Assembly (NCBI RefSeq): GCF_902652985.1
Contig: NC_047019.1
Location: 22,816,001 to 22,880,000, forward strand
Direction: 5' to 3'
DNA: 64,000 nt
From: Pecten maximus
Taxonomy: Eukaryota
The notes under the pieces are model-generated. The model was not told the DNA's origin and did not search any database. It saw only the letters and a program-made list of their open reading frames with translations. Made by a program: the position numbers and the translations under genes. Position 1 is the stretch's first letter. Every line of letters starts with the position of its first letter. Positions 13,736 through 23,432 of this stretch are shown piece by piece.

Positions 13736-13908
13736 TTTCTCTGTCAAACCCAGGATGTAATTTCTCTGTCACACCCCGGGTTTAATATCTCTGTCACACC
13801 CAGGGTATCATATCTCTGTCACACCCAAGGTATTATTTCTCTGTCACACCCAGGGTGTAATTTCTCTGTCACACATAGGGTGTAATTTCTCTGTCAACCT
13901 ATAGGGTA
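13736..13908. repeat. 25-bp tandem repeat (tttctctgtcacacccagggtgtaa) x7
   Basis: Units start at about 13736, 13761, 13786, 13811, 13836, 13861 and 13886. Confidence 0.9.
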
Positions 13909-15016
13909 TGGCATCGAACGTCTTTGCAGCAATGCAATGACGTTACGTCACCAATTCATCATGTCATTTCAGCACTGTGTTGCACTGCAAGATATTTACA
14001 TATTTTTCAAATATTTGAACTACTGAACACTGAGTAAATAGTATGACGGCGGGAAATAATAGTTCCGTACCTTGATACAATGTCAGAGAAATCTGCTAAG
14101 GACAGCTGGTGAATATAAATAAAATCTATACCTTCATTAAATGTCTAGCATCCAGAAAATGACACAAATGGTCCACGTTAATGAGAGAAGAAATATCCTC
14201 AAAAGCATAAACGGTTCATTACAGATATGTAATCAATAAAACATTGTTTAACGTTGTTAGGATGAATACAGTGCATGTTTACAACTATAACAAAATTTAT
14301 AATCCATAAGGAAATAGAATATTTCTAATTGGGATAATGATGTGGACCGTTCAACTTTGGCCGCGGTCTTAATCAACCTCGCCAAAGAAACTTACTGTAC
14401 CATTGAAATATTGTACTTTCTGGAGACTGATTTTTTCTAACCTGGTGTAAAGGTTTTTAATTATTGTTACATACATGTCACATAATCCCTTAAATATCGG
14501 TAGTCTGACATAACTCATTAAGACTGGCTTTCGTGATGGAATTGTATGTGATTTCACATATTCATATATATATCAAAGTTTAAGTCTAGTTACGAAATGC
14601 GAGTGTTTAATAGATTATCTGTGTCTGTACGTGAATCTCTCGAAGATAGGGATATACTGTTGTTACAGGTTGACGACTATATACATTATAGGTTAACACT
14701 ATTAAGTTTAAACAATATTTATTTGATAATCTGTAATACAATAAAATAAATCGAAAGTATGCAAGAGGATTTGGTAACAAGCTTAGAGCTTATGTAAAAT
14801 CGATTAACACTATTCATCACATATCAATGTCACGCCGGCACAGGTGTAATGACATTTCTTTGAAGTCACAAATATATGACGTCACACGCTTTTCTTGGTA
14901 GATTCATATCATTTTTGAGAGAAATCAATTTGAACGTTATCGCTTATTTTCTCGTGAATATGATTCATGTGATGAATAAAATCTTAAACTCGTGCCAGTA
15001 CAGTATGGGGTTTATC

Positions 15017-15953
15017 TATGGGGCGCCGTTTTACTATTTATTCCCATTTGGTGATATCGCCTATTCAAATAGGTGATATCACCTATTCAAATGAGTGATA
15101 TCACCTATTCGAATAGGTGTTATCATTTAAGAACTTTTTTAAGTGATTTCACCTATTCGAATAGGTGATATCACCTATTCGAATGAGTGATATCACCTAT
15201 TCGTTTCATTAAGTGATATCACCCATTAGAATAGGTGATATCACTTATTGAAACGAATAGGTGATATCACCAATTCGAATAGGTGATATCACTCATTCGA
15301 ATAGGTGATATCACCAATTGGAATAGGTGATATCACTTAAAAATATTCTTAGGTGATATCACCTATTCGAATAGGTGATATCACCAATTCGAATAGGTGA
15401 TATCACTTATACAATTCTTAAGTGATATCACCTATACGAATAGGTGATATCACTTATGAAATTTTATAAGTGATATCACCTATTCCAATTGGTGATATCA
15501 CCTATTCGAATGAATGATATCACCTATTCAATCAGTGATATCACCTATTCTAATAGGTGATATCACCAATTCATTTTTCAAATAAGTGATATCACCTATT
15601 CGAATTGGTGATATCACCTATTCGAATTGGTGATATCACCTATTCGTTTCAGTAAGTGATATCACCTATTCGAATGAGTGATATCACCAATTCGAATTGG
15701 TGATATCACCTATTCGTTTCAATAAGTGATATCACCTATTCGAATGAGTGATATCACCTATTCGAATGGGTGATATCACTTAATGAAACAAATAGGTGAT
15801 ATCACTTATTCGAATAGGTGATATCACTCAATCGAATAGGTGATATCACTTAAAAAAGTTCTTAAGTGATATCACCTATTCGAATAGGTGATATCACTCA
15901 TTTGAATAGGTGATATCACCAAATGGGAATAAATAGTAAAACGGCGCCCCATA
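15017..15953. mobile_element. Non-autonomous foldback/MITE-like element filled with palindromic ~22-bp subrepeats
   Basis: Long terminal inverted repeats TATGGGGCGCCGTTTTACTATTTATTCCCATTTGGTGATATC ... GATATCACCAAATGGGAATAAATAGTAAAACGGCGCCCCATA. The interior is made of dozens of ATAGGTGATATCACCTATTCGA variants. Confidence 0.85.
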
Positions 15954-15982
15954 AATATGTCATTAGCCTCAAAGCTCGTTAT

Positions 15983-16150
15983 TTAAATATTCCCGCGTTT
16001 CGCTTAGTATAGCGGGAATAATTTGTCTCTGTCGGCACGTAAATGCAGGTGTTGCACGTGCCTTGACGTCACAGTGGTTCACGTGTATCGGGTATACAGT
16101 GTGTGTGTCATTCCTAGCCGCCGCGCCGTACTGTACGGTTATGTCATATA
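15983..16150 (+). repeat. Split direct repeat A1 (168 bp; copy A2 at 20469-20636)
   Basis: Identical by eye to 20469-20636. Contains a tattcccgc/gcgggaata stem, a CRE (TGACGTCA) and CACGTG E-boxes. Confidence 0.95.
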
Positions 16151-16178
16151 ATTAAGCCAGTTATACTGTCCCCACATC

Positions 16179-19178
16179 ATGACGACTTCTACAGAAGATT
16201 TTATTACCGCCCGTGTGAAAGCGGCAGTGGAGGCCTCTCAGGAAGAGATTGTTTCAAAAATGAGTTCCGTCATTTCGCACAAGCAGGACAGTTTCGAACA
16301 TAGAATGAGTGACTGTTCCGAGGCCCATTTTTCCAAGTTACAGCAAAATATTTTATGTGGGGAGCCACACAAATTTTCCAGGAAAAGCTGTGAAGATCAG
16401 CACAAATTCAATGTGAAAGTTCGAGCCAAGTTAATGGAGGCGGAACATTTATCCACGACGGAACCACTAGCGTCAAAGGCTAAAATTTTGGAAGGTATTG
16501 GCCTAATTGACTATAGACAGAAACTTGTTAAACTAGCCGACACTTCGGATTGTGGATGGAAAGCTGTTGACGAATATATTGCGAATCCTATCGCTTCCGA
16601 TTCGGACGATGAGCGCAAGATGGATCGCGCCAGAGCCAGGGCCAACAGAAAGGCCAAGGATTCAAAACTAAAAGCCAATAAGGGAAGAGGTCGTTACACC
16701 CCTTATAGCGACCAACGTCTTCAATCCAATAATGCCACAGGGAATACCCAGGACGGTTTCAGAGGAGGTCCCCAAAGGAGTGCTATTAGCAGGCCGGGGA
16801 GCTGTTTTGCCTGTGGGAAGTTCGGACACTGGCGTGTCGATTGTCCTGCCCTGGCGGGAGGAACAGTGACGTCTGGCAGTATTAAGATAAGCAATATTTG
16901 GTTTACTAAACATGTACATATCGTAAATGACGATCAAGGCCGTAAGACAGACGACTCTATATTGATAGGTAAGAGTATCATTCAGTCAATGACGGACCAG
17001 TTAGGCGTCGCAAATGATTCAGGTCCTGAAGCTTATCGTTGCAGCGCAAATGATAGTTTTTCACAAACTTCACCTGTTGGCAGGTTGAAAGGTTGTTTTG
17101 ATTTTTGGGAGAGCACAGGCGCATGTGACGCTGTATTATCAGTTGTGAAGGATGGTTACAAGATTCCTTTTCGTGAAATTCCTCCTTCTGTTGTGTTAAT
17201 GAATAATAAGTCTTCACGGGATAATATCCCTTTCGTACAAGGTGAAATTGAAAAATTGGTCAAATTGGGCTGTGTTTCAGAGGTTTCATATGTACCTTTC
17301 GTTGTCAATCCTCTAACAGTAGCGTACGGTAAGTCGGGTAAGCCACGCCTCGTTCTAGATTGTCGGCATATCAATCTCTATTTGCATAAGTTCAAGGTCA
17401 AATTCGAGGACGGTAAAGTCGCTAGAGATATTTTTCAACAGGGCGATTTCTTGTTCACTTTCGACCTAAAATCGGCCTACCACCACATTGAAATTTTTGC
17501 TGATCACAGGAAGTTTCTTGGTTTTCATTACATTTTTGATAGCGTTACCCGTTATTTTGTGTTCAATGTGTTGCCTTTTGGAATAGCCACGGCCGGCTAT
17601 ATATTCACAAAGGTTCTCCGCGAGGTAGTGAAGCACGTGCGTGGTAGGGGTTACAAATTGATCATGTACCTTGACGATGGTATGGGCGGAGACGCCTCTG
17701 AAGGCGGCACTAGAGATGCCAGCGCATTTGTTATGCAGTCATTGATCAATTTTGGTTTTATTTTAGCGCACGAGAAGTGTCAGTGGACACCATCACAATA
17801 CGCCACGTGGTTAGGGTACACGTGGTCGATGTCTGTAGGCGTGGTCAGGGTATCGTCTGCTAGAGTAGAGCTATTGTTGGGTCAACTGTCTGACATCATG
17901 ACTCGGGTCAATGAGAAAGGTCACTATATGTTTCCTGCTAGGTATCTCGCCGGCGTAATAGGGCGTGTCATATCAATGCAAAGCGTGATCGGTTCAGTGG
18001 CGCGTTTACGCACACGTGAGTTGTATAAATGTGTATTGTCCAGGTCTAGTTGGAATGCGTACGTCATACTCAGTAGTGAGGCTCTAGAAGAAATAGCATT
18101 TTGGTCGTTGAACATTGAGAAACTGAACGAGAAAGGCTGTACTATCAAAGAAAACAGTTTTTGCAGTTCAATCGTTTGTACTGACGCGTCCGGTATTGGT
18201 TACGGGGGCTATGTTATGCCCTGTAAGAGTCCTTTGGAGGATGTTGTTGTCGATGTAGGTCAAGGTGATTACGTCGCAGATAATGACTTAGATGATTTGG
18301 CCCCATGGGCGGGATTCCCTTTGGAGGGACAAGTTTGTATGGGCGATGCCCCATGTTTCTGTTTGCCTTTGGAGGATTTGTCAAATGAGGTCAGGGCCCC
18401 TTTGGAGGGGACTTGTGAAAAATCAAGTGTTATAACGGGCACTTGGAGTGAGGATGAAAGGGTACGTAGCTCAACCTGGAGGGAGCTTGAAGGTATGAAG
18501 CGCGTCCTGTTTAGCGCTGTTGATGATATAAAAAGTCAGCACGTAAGACTGGTTACTGACAATAAGAATGTAGCCTCCATTCTTAAGGTAGGTAGTAGAA
18601 AACCCAATCTTCAAGCAGTAGCTTGTGAGGTAGTGGATTTTTGTGAGAATCACGGTGTAAGTATCAGTACTCAATGGATACCCAGACAGTTGAACAAAAC
18701 TGCAGATTGTTTGAGCAGATGTACGGATGCCGACGATTGGTCGGTTCAAAGGTGGGTTTTTGATTTTTGTGAAGTGTTATGGGAGCAGCACGATGTAGAT
18801 AGATTCTCTACAGATTATAACACAATGTGTGACAGATTTAACTCGCGCTTTTGGTGCACGGGTACTGAAGCGGTAGATTGTCTCACTGTATCATGGGGTC
18901 GGCTAAACAACTGGATAGTACCTCCCCCCAGGTTAATATGTAAGGTCATTGAAAAGATGTCAAAGGAACGGTGCCGTGGTACTCTGATAGCCCCTGTTTG
19001 GAGGTCTGCTCCATTTTGGCCTATTCTGTGTTTAAGCGAGAATAGATTCGACAGTTTTGTCGTGGATAACCGAGTATTGTCGAATAAGAATGTTACAAAA
19101 AAGGGTAGGGGTAAAAACGGCGTTTTTGGCAGAACCGTTTTACCCTTTGCCATGATCGCATTGCGTTTAGTTTTCTAA
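16179..19178 (+). CDS. Gag-RT-RNase H-DNA N6-adenine methyltransferase-like polyprotein (999 aa)
   Basis: Zinc knuckle CFACGKFGHWRVDC. RT motifs RLVLDCR, FDLKSAYHH, LPFG and YLDD. RNase H motifs TDAS, SSTWRELE, TDN and WIPRQLNKTAD. The C-terminal DIRS MT-like region includes DVDRF and WIVPPP. Confidence 0.95.
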   Translation: MTTSTEDFITARVKAAVEASQEEIVSKMSSVISHKQDSFEHRMSDCSEAHFSKLQQNILCGEPHKFSRKSCEDQHKFNVKVRAKLMEAEHLSTTEPLASKAKILEGIGLIDYRQKLVKLADTSDCGWKAVDEYIANPIASDSDDERKMDRARARANRKAKDSKLKANKGRGRYTPYSDQRLQSNNATGNTQDGFRGGPQRSAISRPGSCFACGKFGHWRVDCPALAGGTVTSGSIKISNIWFTKHVHIVNDDQGRKTDDSILIGKSIIQSMTDQLGVANDSGPEAYRCSANDSFSQTSPVGRLKGCFDFWESTGACDAVLSVVKDGYKIPFREIPPSVVLMNNKSSRDNIPFVQGEIEKLVKLGCVSEVSYVPFVVNPLTVAYGKSGKPRLVLDCRHINLYLHKFKVKFEDGKVARDIFQQGDFLFTFDLKSAYHHIEIFADHRKFLGFHYIFDSVTRYFVFNVLPFGIATAGYIFTKVLREVVKHVRGRGYKLIMYLDDGMGGDASEGGTRDASAFVMQSLINFGFILAHEKCQWTPSQYATWLGYTWSMSVGVVRVSSARVELLLGQLSDIMTRVNEKGHYMFPARYLAGVIGRVISMQSVIGSVARLRTRELYKCVLSRSSWNAYVILSSEALEEIAFWSLNIEKLNEKGCTIKENSFCSSIVCTDASGIGYGGYVMPCKSPLEDVVVDVGQGDYVADNDLDDLAPWAGFPLEGQVCMGDAPCFCLPLEDLSNEVRAPLEGTCEKSSVITGTWSEDERVRSSTWRELEGMKRVLFSAVDDIKSQHVRLVTDNKNVASILKVGSRKPNLQAVACEVVDFCENHGVSISTQWIPRQLNKTADCLSRCTDADDWSVQRWVFDFCEVLWEQHDVDRFSTDYNTMCDRFNSRFWCTGTEAVDCLTVSWGRLNNWIVPPPRLICKVIEKMSKERCRGTLIAPVWRSAPFWPILCLSENRFDSFVVDNRVLSNKNVTKKGRGKNGVFGRTVLPFAMIALRLVF

Positions 19179-19229
19179 ACCGGGTTATTTTTCACACACG
19201 TATATATATATTTGTTATTTGTTTAACAG

Positions 19230-20242
19230 GCATAGGACTACATACCACAATCGACCAAGCGATTAAGGACTCGGGCGTTGTAGAAGGTTCTTCACTGCAT
19301 AAACACGTCGTCGGTTTAAAGAGCAGGATACTTCAGTGCAAGAGTGACAGCACGAACTATAAATACTTCGGTGCTTTTAAACGATGGGAGCGTTTCATAA
19401 CAGCGCAGGGATTTCCGGCAGTACCAGCCAATTCCATACACATATGTTTGTACCTGAACAGCTTATTAACTAAAGGATCCTCATTTGCAGTGGTTTCTTC
19501 GGCAGTGTATGCTATCAAGTGGGCTCATAGCTTGAACGGATTGTCGGATCCAACAACAAACATTTTTGTAAAAAATCTTTTAGAAGCTTCAAAACGCATA
19601 GCGAAGAAACCTGTGTGTAAAAAGGACTCTGTTACCAGTGGCATTTTGATTAGGCTTTGTGACATTTTTTCAGAATCTAGCGACTTGTTAGTTGTCAGGG
19701 ATTTAACCATGATTTTGCTTAGCTTTTCAGGATTTTTGCGCTATAACGAGCTCAGCAATTTGCATTGTTCAGATGTTAAGCTATCGGAGAGCTATTTCAC
19801 ACTTGTAGTCCGTAAGAGTAAAACGGACCAATATCGGTTCGGCAGTGAGATTATTATCAGTAAGGGTGAAACTACGGCGTGTCCGTACGCCATGTTGATG
19901 AAATATATTCGTATAGCTCGCATTGACATCGAGTCAGATGATTTCTTGTTTAAACCAATTTATAGATCGGGCTCAGTTTGTGGTTTGATTCACAAAAATA
20001 AACCGCTCAGTTACACGGGAGCTAAGGAAGCTATCCTGAAACGGCTGAATTTGGTTTCGGAGGGAAAGAATTTCGGTTTACATTCTTTGGGATCAGGAGG
20101 GGCCAGCATGGCGGCCAACAATGGCGTTAATGATCGCTGTTTTAAGCGCCACGGGCGTTGGCGTAGTGAGTCTAGCAAGGACGGATACATCGCTGATTCT
20201 ATCGAGAGACGGTTAAATGTGACGCAAAAATTAGGTATCTGA
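19230..20242 (+). CDS. Tyrosine recombinase of the retrotransposon (probably a spliced second exon; HxxR Arg mutated)
   Basis: The frame is open from the acceptor at 19229 to the stop at 20242. Catalytic motifs: FLRYNEL (R), KSKTDQ (K), HSLG (HxxR changed to HxxG), HGRW and DGYI (Y). The ORF-track start at 19448 is a TTG, and the first in-frame ATG is far downstream. Confidence 0.9.
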
Positions 20243-20398
20243 AATCAAAATATATACAGGCAGTTAAACGTGACGCCTAATGTTTTAGACATCGCGTGTG
20301 TTGTATACGACGTATTCACTTAGTTATTTAGGATAACTATACACGTTTGATATATATATATATATATTTTCTACTCGTACTTTCCCCTTTCTTTGTTA

Positions 20399-20468
20399 TT
20401 CCTATACACGGCGGGCTAGTCGGCAAATGGAATTTGCGTGTTTGGTGTTGTATTAGTATAGAGGAGAC
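20399..20468 (+). repeat. Split direct repeat B1 (70 bp; copy B2 at 20959-21028)
   Basis: ttcctatacacggcgggctag...gaggagac is identical at both positions. B1 directly abuts A2, reproducing the circle junction. Confidence 0.95.
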
Positions 20469-21132
20469 TTAAATATTCCCGCGTTTCGCTTAGTATAGCG
20501 GGAATAATTTGTCTCTGTCGGCACGTAAATGCAGGTGTTGCACGTGCCTTGACGTCACAGTGGTTCACGTGTATCGGGTATACAGTGTGTGTGTCATTCC
20601 TAGCCGCCGCGCCGTACTGTACGGTTATGTCATATACTTTTTCTGTGTAGTTATATGATTTCTAGTGTCAATGCTGTCACAGTAGTTCATATTTGTCTGG
20701 CCTATAAATCCAGCATATGAAATCTTAAGCATTGAGGGCTGGTGCACCTCCTGCTCTCCCGTAAGACAGGAGTTTCAGGTTGGGTGGCTCGCTTGATTTC
20801 ACATAGGCCATATAGGGTTAAAGTTCAGGCTAGTTTTAGGTCAATGTTATCATAGGGATGATTTCGGTGTTCCTTTAGATTTGGCTATTCATTTCGCATC
20901 AATGTATTTGTATCATATGAAATTGGCATGAATGTTGCTTTTCTGAATAAATTCCGGCTTCCTATACACGGCGGGCTAGTCGGCAAATGGAATTTGCGTG
21001 TTTGGTGTTGTATTAGTATAGAGGAGACATATCAACTTCTTGACACCACGAAAAGATACTCTATATTCTGATAACAACATCTAAATGTATCATAAACAGT
21101 GAGCAAGTGAACAGCATATTAAAATATTAATT

Positions 21133-21263
21133 TAAGGATTGATTGTCAATTTTGTTGCTTGCATGGACTGATGAAGGAAGTGAAGCAGTTCATTTACCAT
21201 TTGCACGAGGTTCACTTCCCTTCATCAGTCCATGCAAGCAACAAAATTGACAATCAATCCTTA
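21133..21263. repeat. Near-perfect ~52-bp inverted repeat with 26-nt loop (short MITE/hairpin)
   Basis: 21133-21184 is the reverse complement of 21211-21263 apart from a 1-nt indel. The ends are TAAGGA...TCCTTA. Confidence 0.85.
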
Positions 21264-23432
21264 TATTTACGTTAACCAAATTAAAAACTTCGCCAACACA
21301 TTGCAAAATTCGGTCACAACGGTGTAATGTAAGTATGTCATTTTGTAACATTGTTATACTTATCGTACATGTGTGCACAGTCGTGGAACAGCAGACAGTC
21401 AGCTATTCTCGTCACCAAGGCAACACAAAATATAGTCCCATACACGTTTTGATTATTACGATGTTGATACACATAAATACGATATTTTCAAGGTAAAATA
21501 TTCATTTATAACAAATATTTATGATATTGTATAATAAAAACTTAGCAATACCCATATAGATACGAATTTAAAGTGCAGTGTTGACAGTTATAGTATGTGT
21601 GTGATTTGGTCACTCGAGACAGAGGGACTCGGTTAAAAAATGAGCACAAGGTTAACGTGACGACAGCTGTTCAGTGAAATATCACAACATTAAAAAACAG
21701 AGTTTATATACTCTCTAAAGCCTTTAAAAAAATGGATTTTGTAAGGTTTTATAATTTGAATGAATGTTGGATTTTTAGTCTTTTGATTTTTTATAGATGT
21801 CATATGTTACTCAAAATTTTACGCCGAACCCCTGTGACCAGTATGTGATGCAGACTAGGCCTAATAGCCGGGATATTCAGAGCTCCAGAAAAAGTGTAAC
21901 AATTTGGATTTTAGTCGCAGATGTACATTGTGCTCTTGAAATATTGGATTCCATTGTCATACTGGCGTTTTTTTATGTAAATTCTGATAATAGTAAGTAA
22001 AGAAACATTGATTTGAAAATTCGACGGCCGGAAACTTGTGTCCTCCATATTTTTAGATTGAGTCAAATTACGACAATAATGTGTTCCTGTGCTCGATAGC
22101 CTATAGCATACTGCTGCTACAGTCTGTTTTGTGTTGTTAAATCAGCTAACGTTAGACCTACTGCGCTACGTAGGTCATGAGCTCGGTGCTATCGGGAGTG
22201 TCAGTGTTCTGTCAGATCCTGTTTTCTAAACTATCTGCATTATACTGGCATTTTTATTAGCACATAAAGCGGCTATTCCACTTGTGTTTATATACGTTGA
22301 TATCAATGTTACACAATTCACAAAATGAAAGTGCATTCAAGTCTGAGGCGGTACAGAACTCGATCGCCATTGTAAACTCAGTGAATGTATTCACACGCCG
22401 CAAGAAAGTGATTCGTCTCTCAGAGCAGAAGCACGCGACCCAAAATCTTCAACGGGAAATGAAGTGATCTGAGTTTACTATGTTCATTGAGGCGGAGCGA
22501 AGTGAAAATGTAAATATTTAGTAATGCATGCATATGCAATATATCCCAAGAAATGAATGAACTAATGAAAGAAGGCCTATCAACTTCTTCCTCAGAAAAT
22601 AATGAAAAAAGTAAGGATGTGATATAGAATATTAGTAAGTCACATGACAGAATACTGATTTCCCATTGGCTACACACATATGGGAAGGATGATGCGATTA
22701 AGTGCCCGCTCCTCCGGAAACTGTCATTTTTTGTTTGAACGTTAATCTATTGTGATGTCACTGTTACTGTTGAGACAGACGGATGCGACGAAAATAACTG
22801 CCGATGACACATTCAGTGAACATTAAAATTAGTAGTACCAAAAAAAGTATTGCCTACAACGAGGGCACTATGGTCTGACAATGTTGTCCCAAGATGGAAT
22901 AGTACCATCGCCTCCGATAAGGGTACTAAACTTTCCTCGACAACAGTATTAGATCATAGTACCCCATGAAGAAGGCAATACTGTATACATATACATGTAC
23001 ATTAATCAATGAAAACTTTCGATTAACAAGATACAATTTTGCGACCTACCCACGTGGCCATTTTGGTACCAGTAGACGATTCCTTCCCCAAGGGAAACAA
23101 AATTAAACGCCGCGAACAATCAGTTAATTGATCATTATTTAGGAAAGACTTACCGGATATATTATTCTCCGAAGAATAAAAAATAAACTACAATTATTAA
23201 CAACATAATAAAATGGCTTTGATCTTCTAAAACATTAGTTATACCAGTAAGTCTACAGAGATTGGCATACACAATATCAATTATGTTATGTAACGACGCC
23301 GGTCGCGGCGTCATATTTAATGATCGATCGAAATATTAATTGGACAAAAAGTGAACGTCCGCTCAAATGATTTTGTCCTTGAATAGGACACCGGTGCTGT
23401 ACGCTTATTGAAGAGGTTTATCTACATAGAAA

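Larger units (their letters stand above)
15983..21028 (+). mobile_element. Full-length tyrosine-recombinase retrotransposon (DIRS order, PAT-like: split direct repeats plus methyltransferase domain)
   Basis: Structure: A1 (15983-16150), ORFs, B1 (20399-20468), A2 (20469-20636), spacer, B2 (20959-21028). Encodes Gag CCHC, RT, RNase H, MT-like and YR domains. AATAAA at 20946-20951 just before B2. No TSD, as expected for YR elements. Confidence 0.95.

Noticed and set aside
15060-15920. CRISPR-like palindromic repeat array
   Set aside because: There are no unique spacers and no cas genes, the context is eukaryotic, and the array is bounded by TIRs.
16668-19710. Short minus-strand ORFs inside the retrotransposon
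   Set aside because: They are antisense shadows of the long coding frames with no recognisable motifs.
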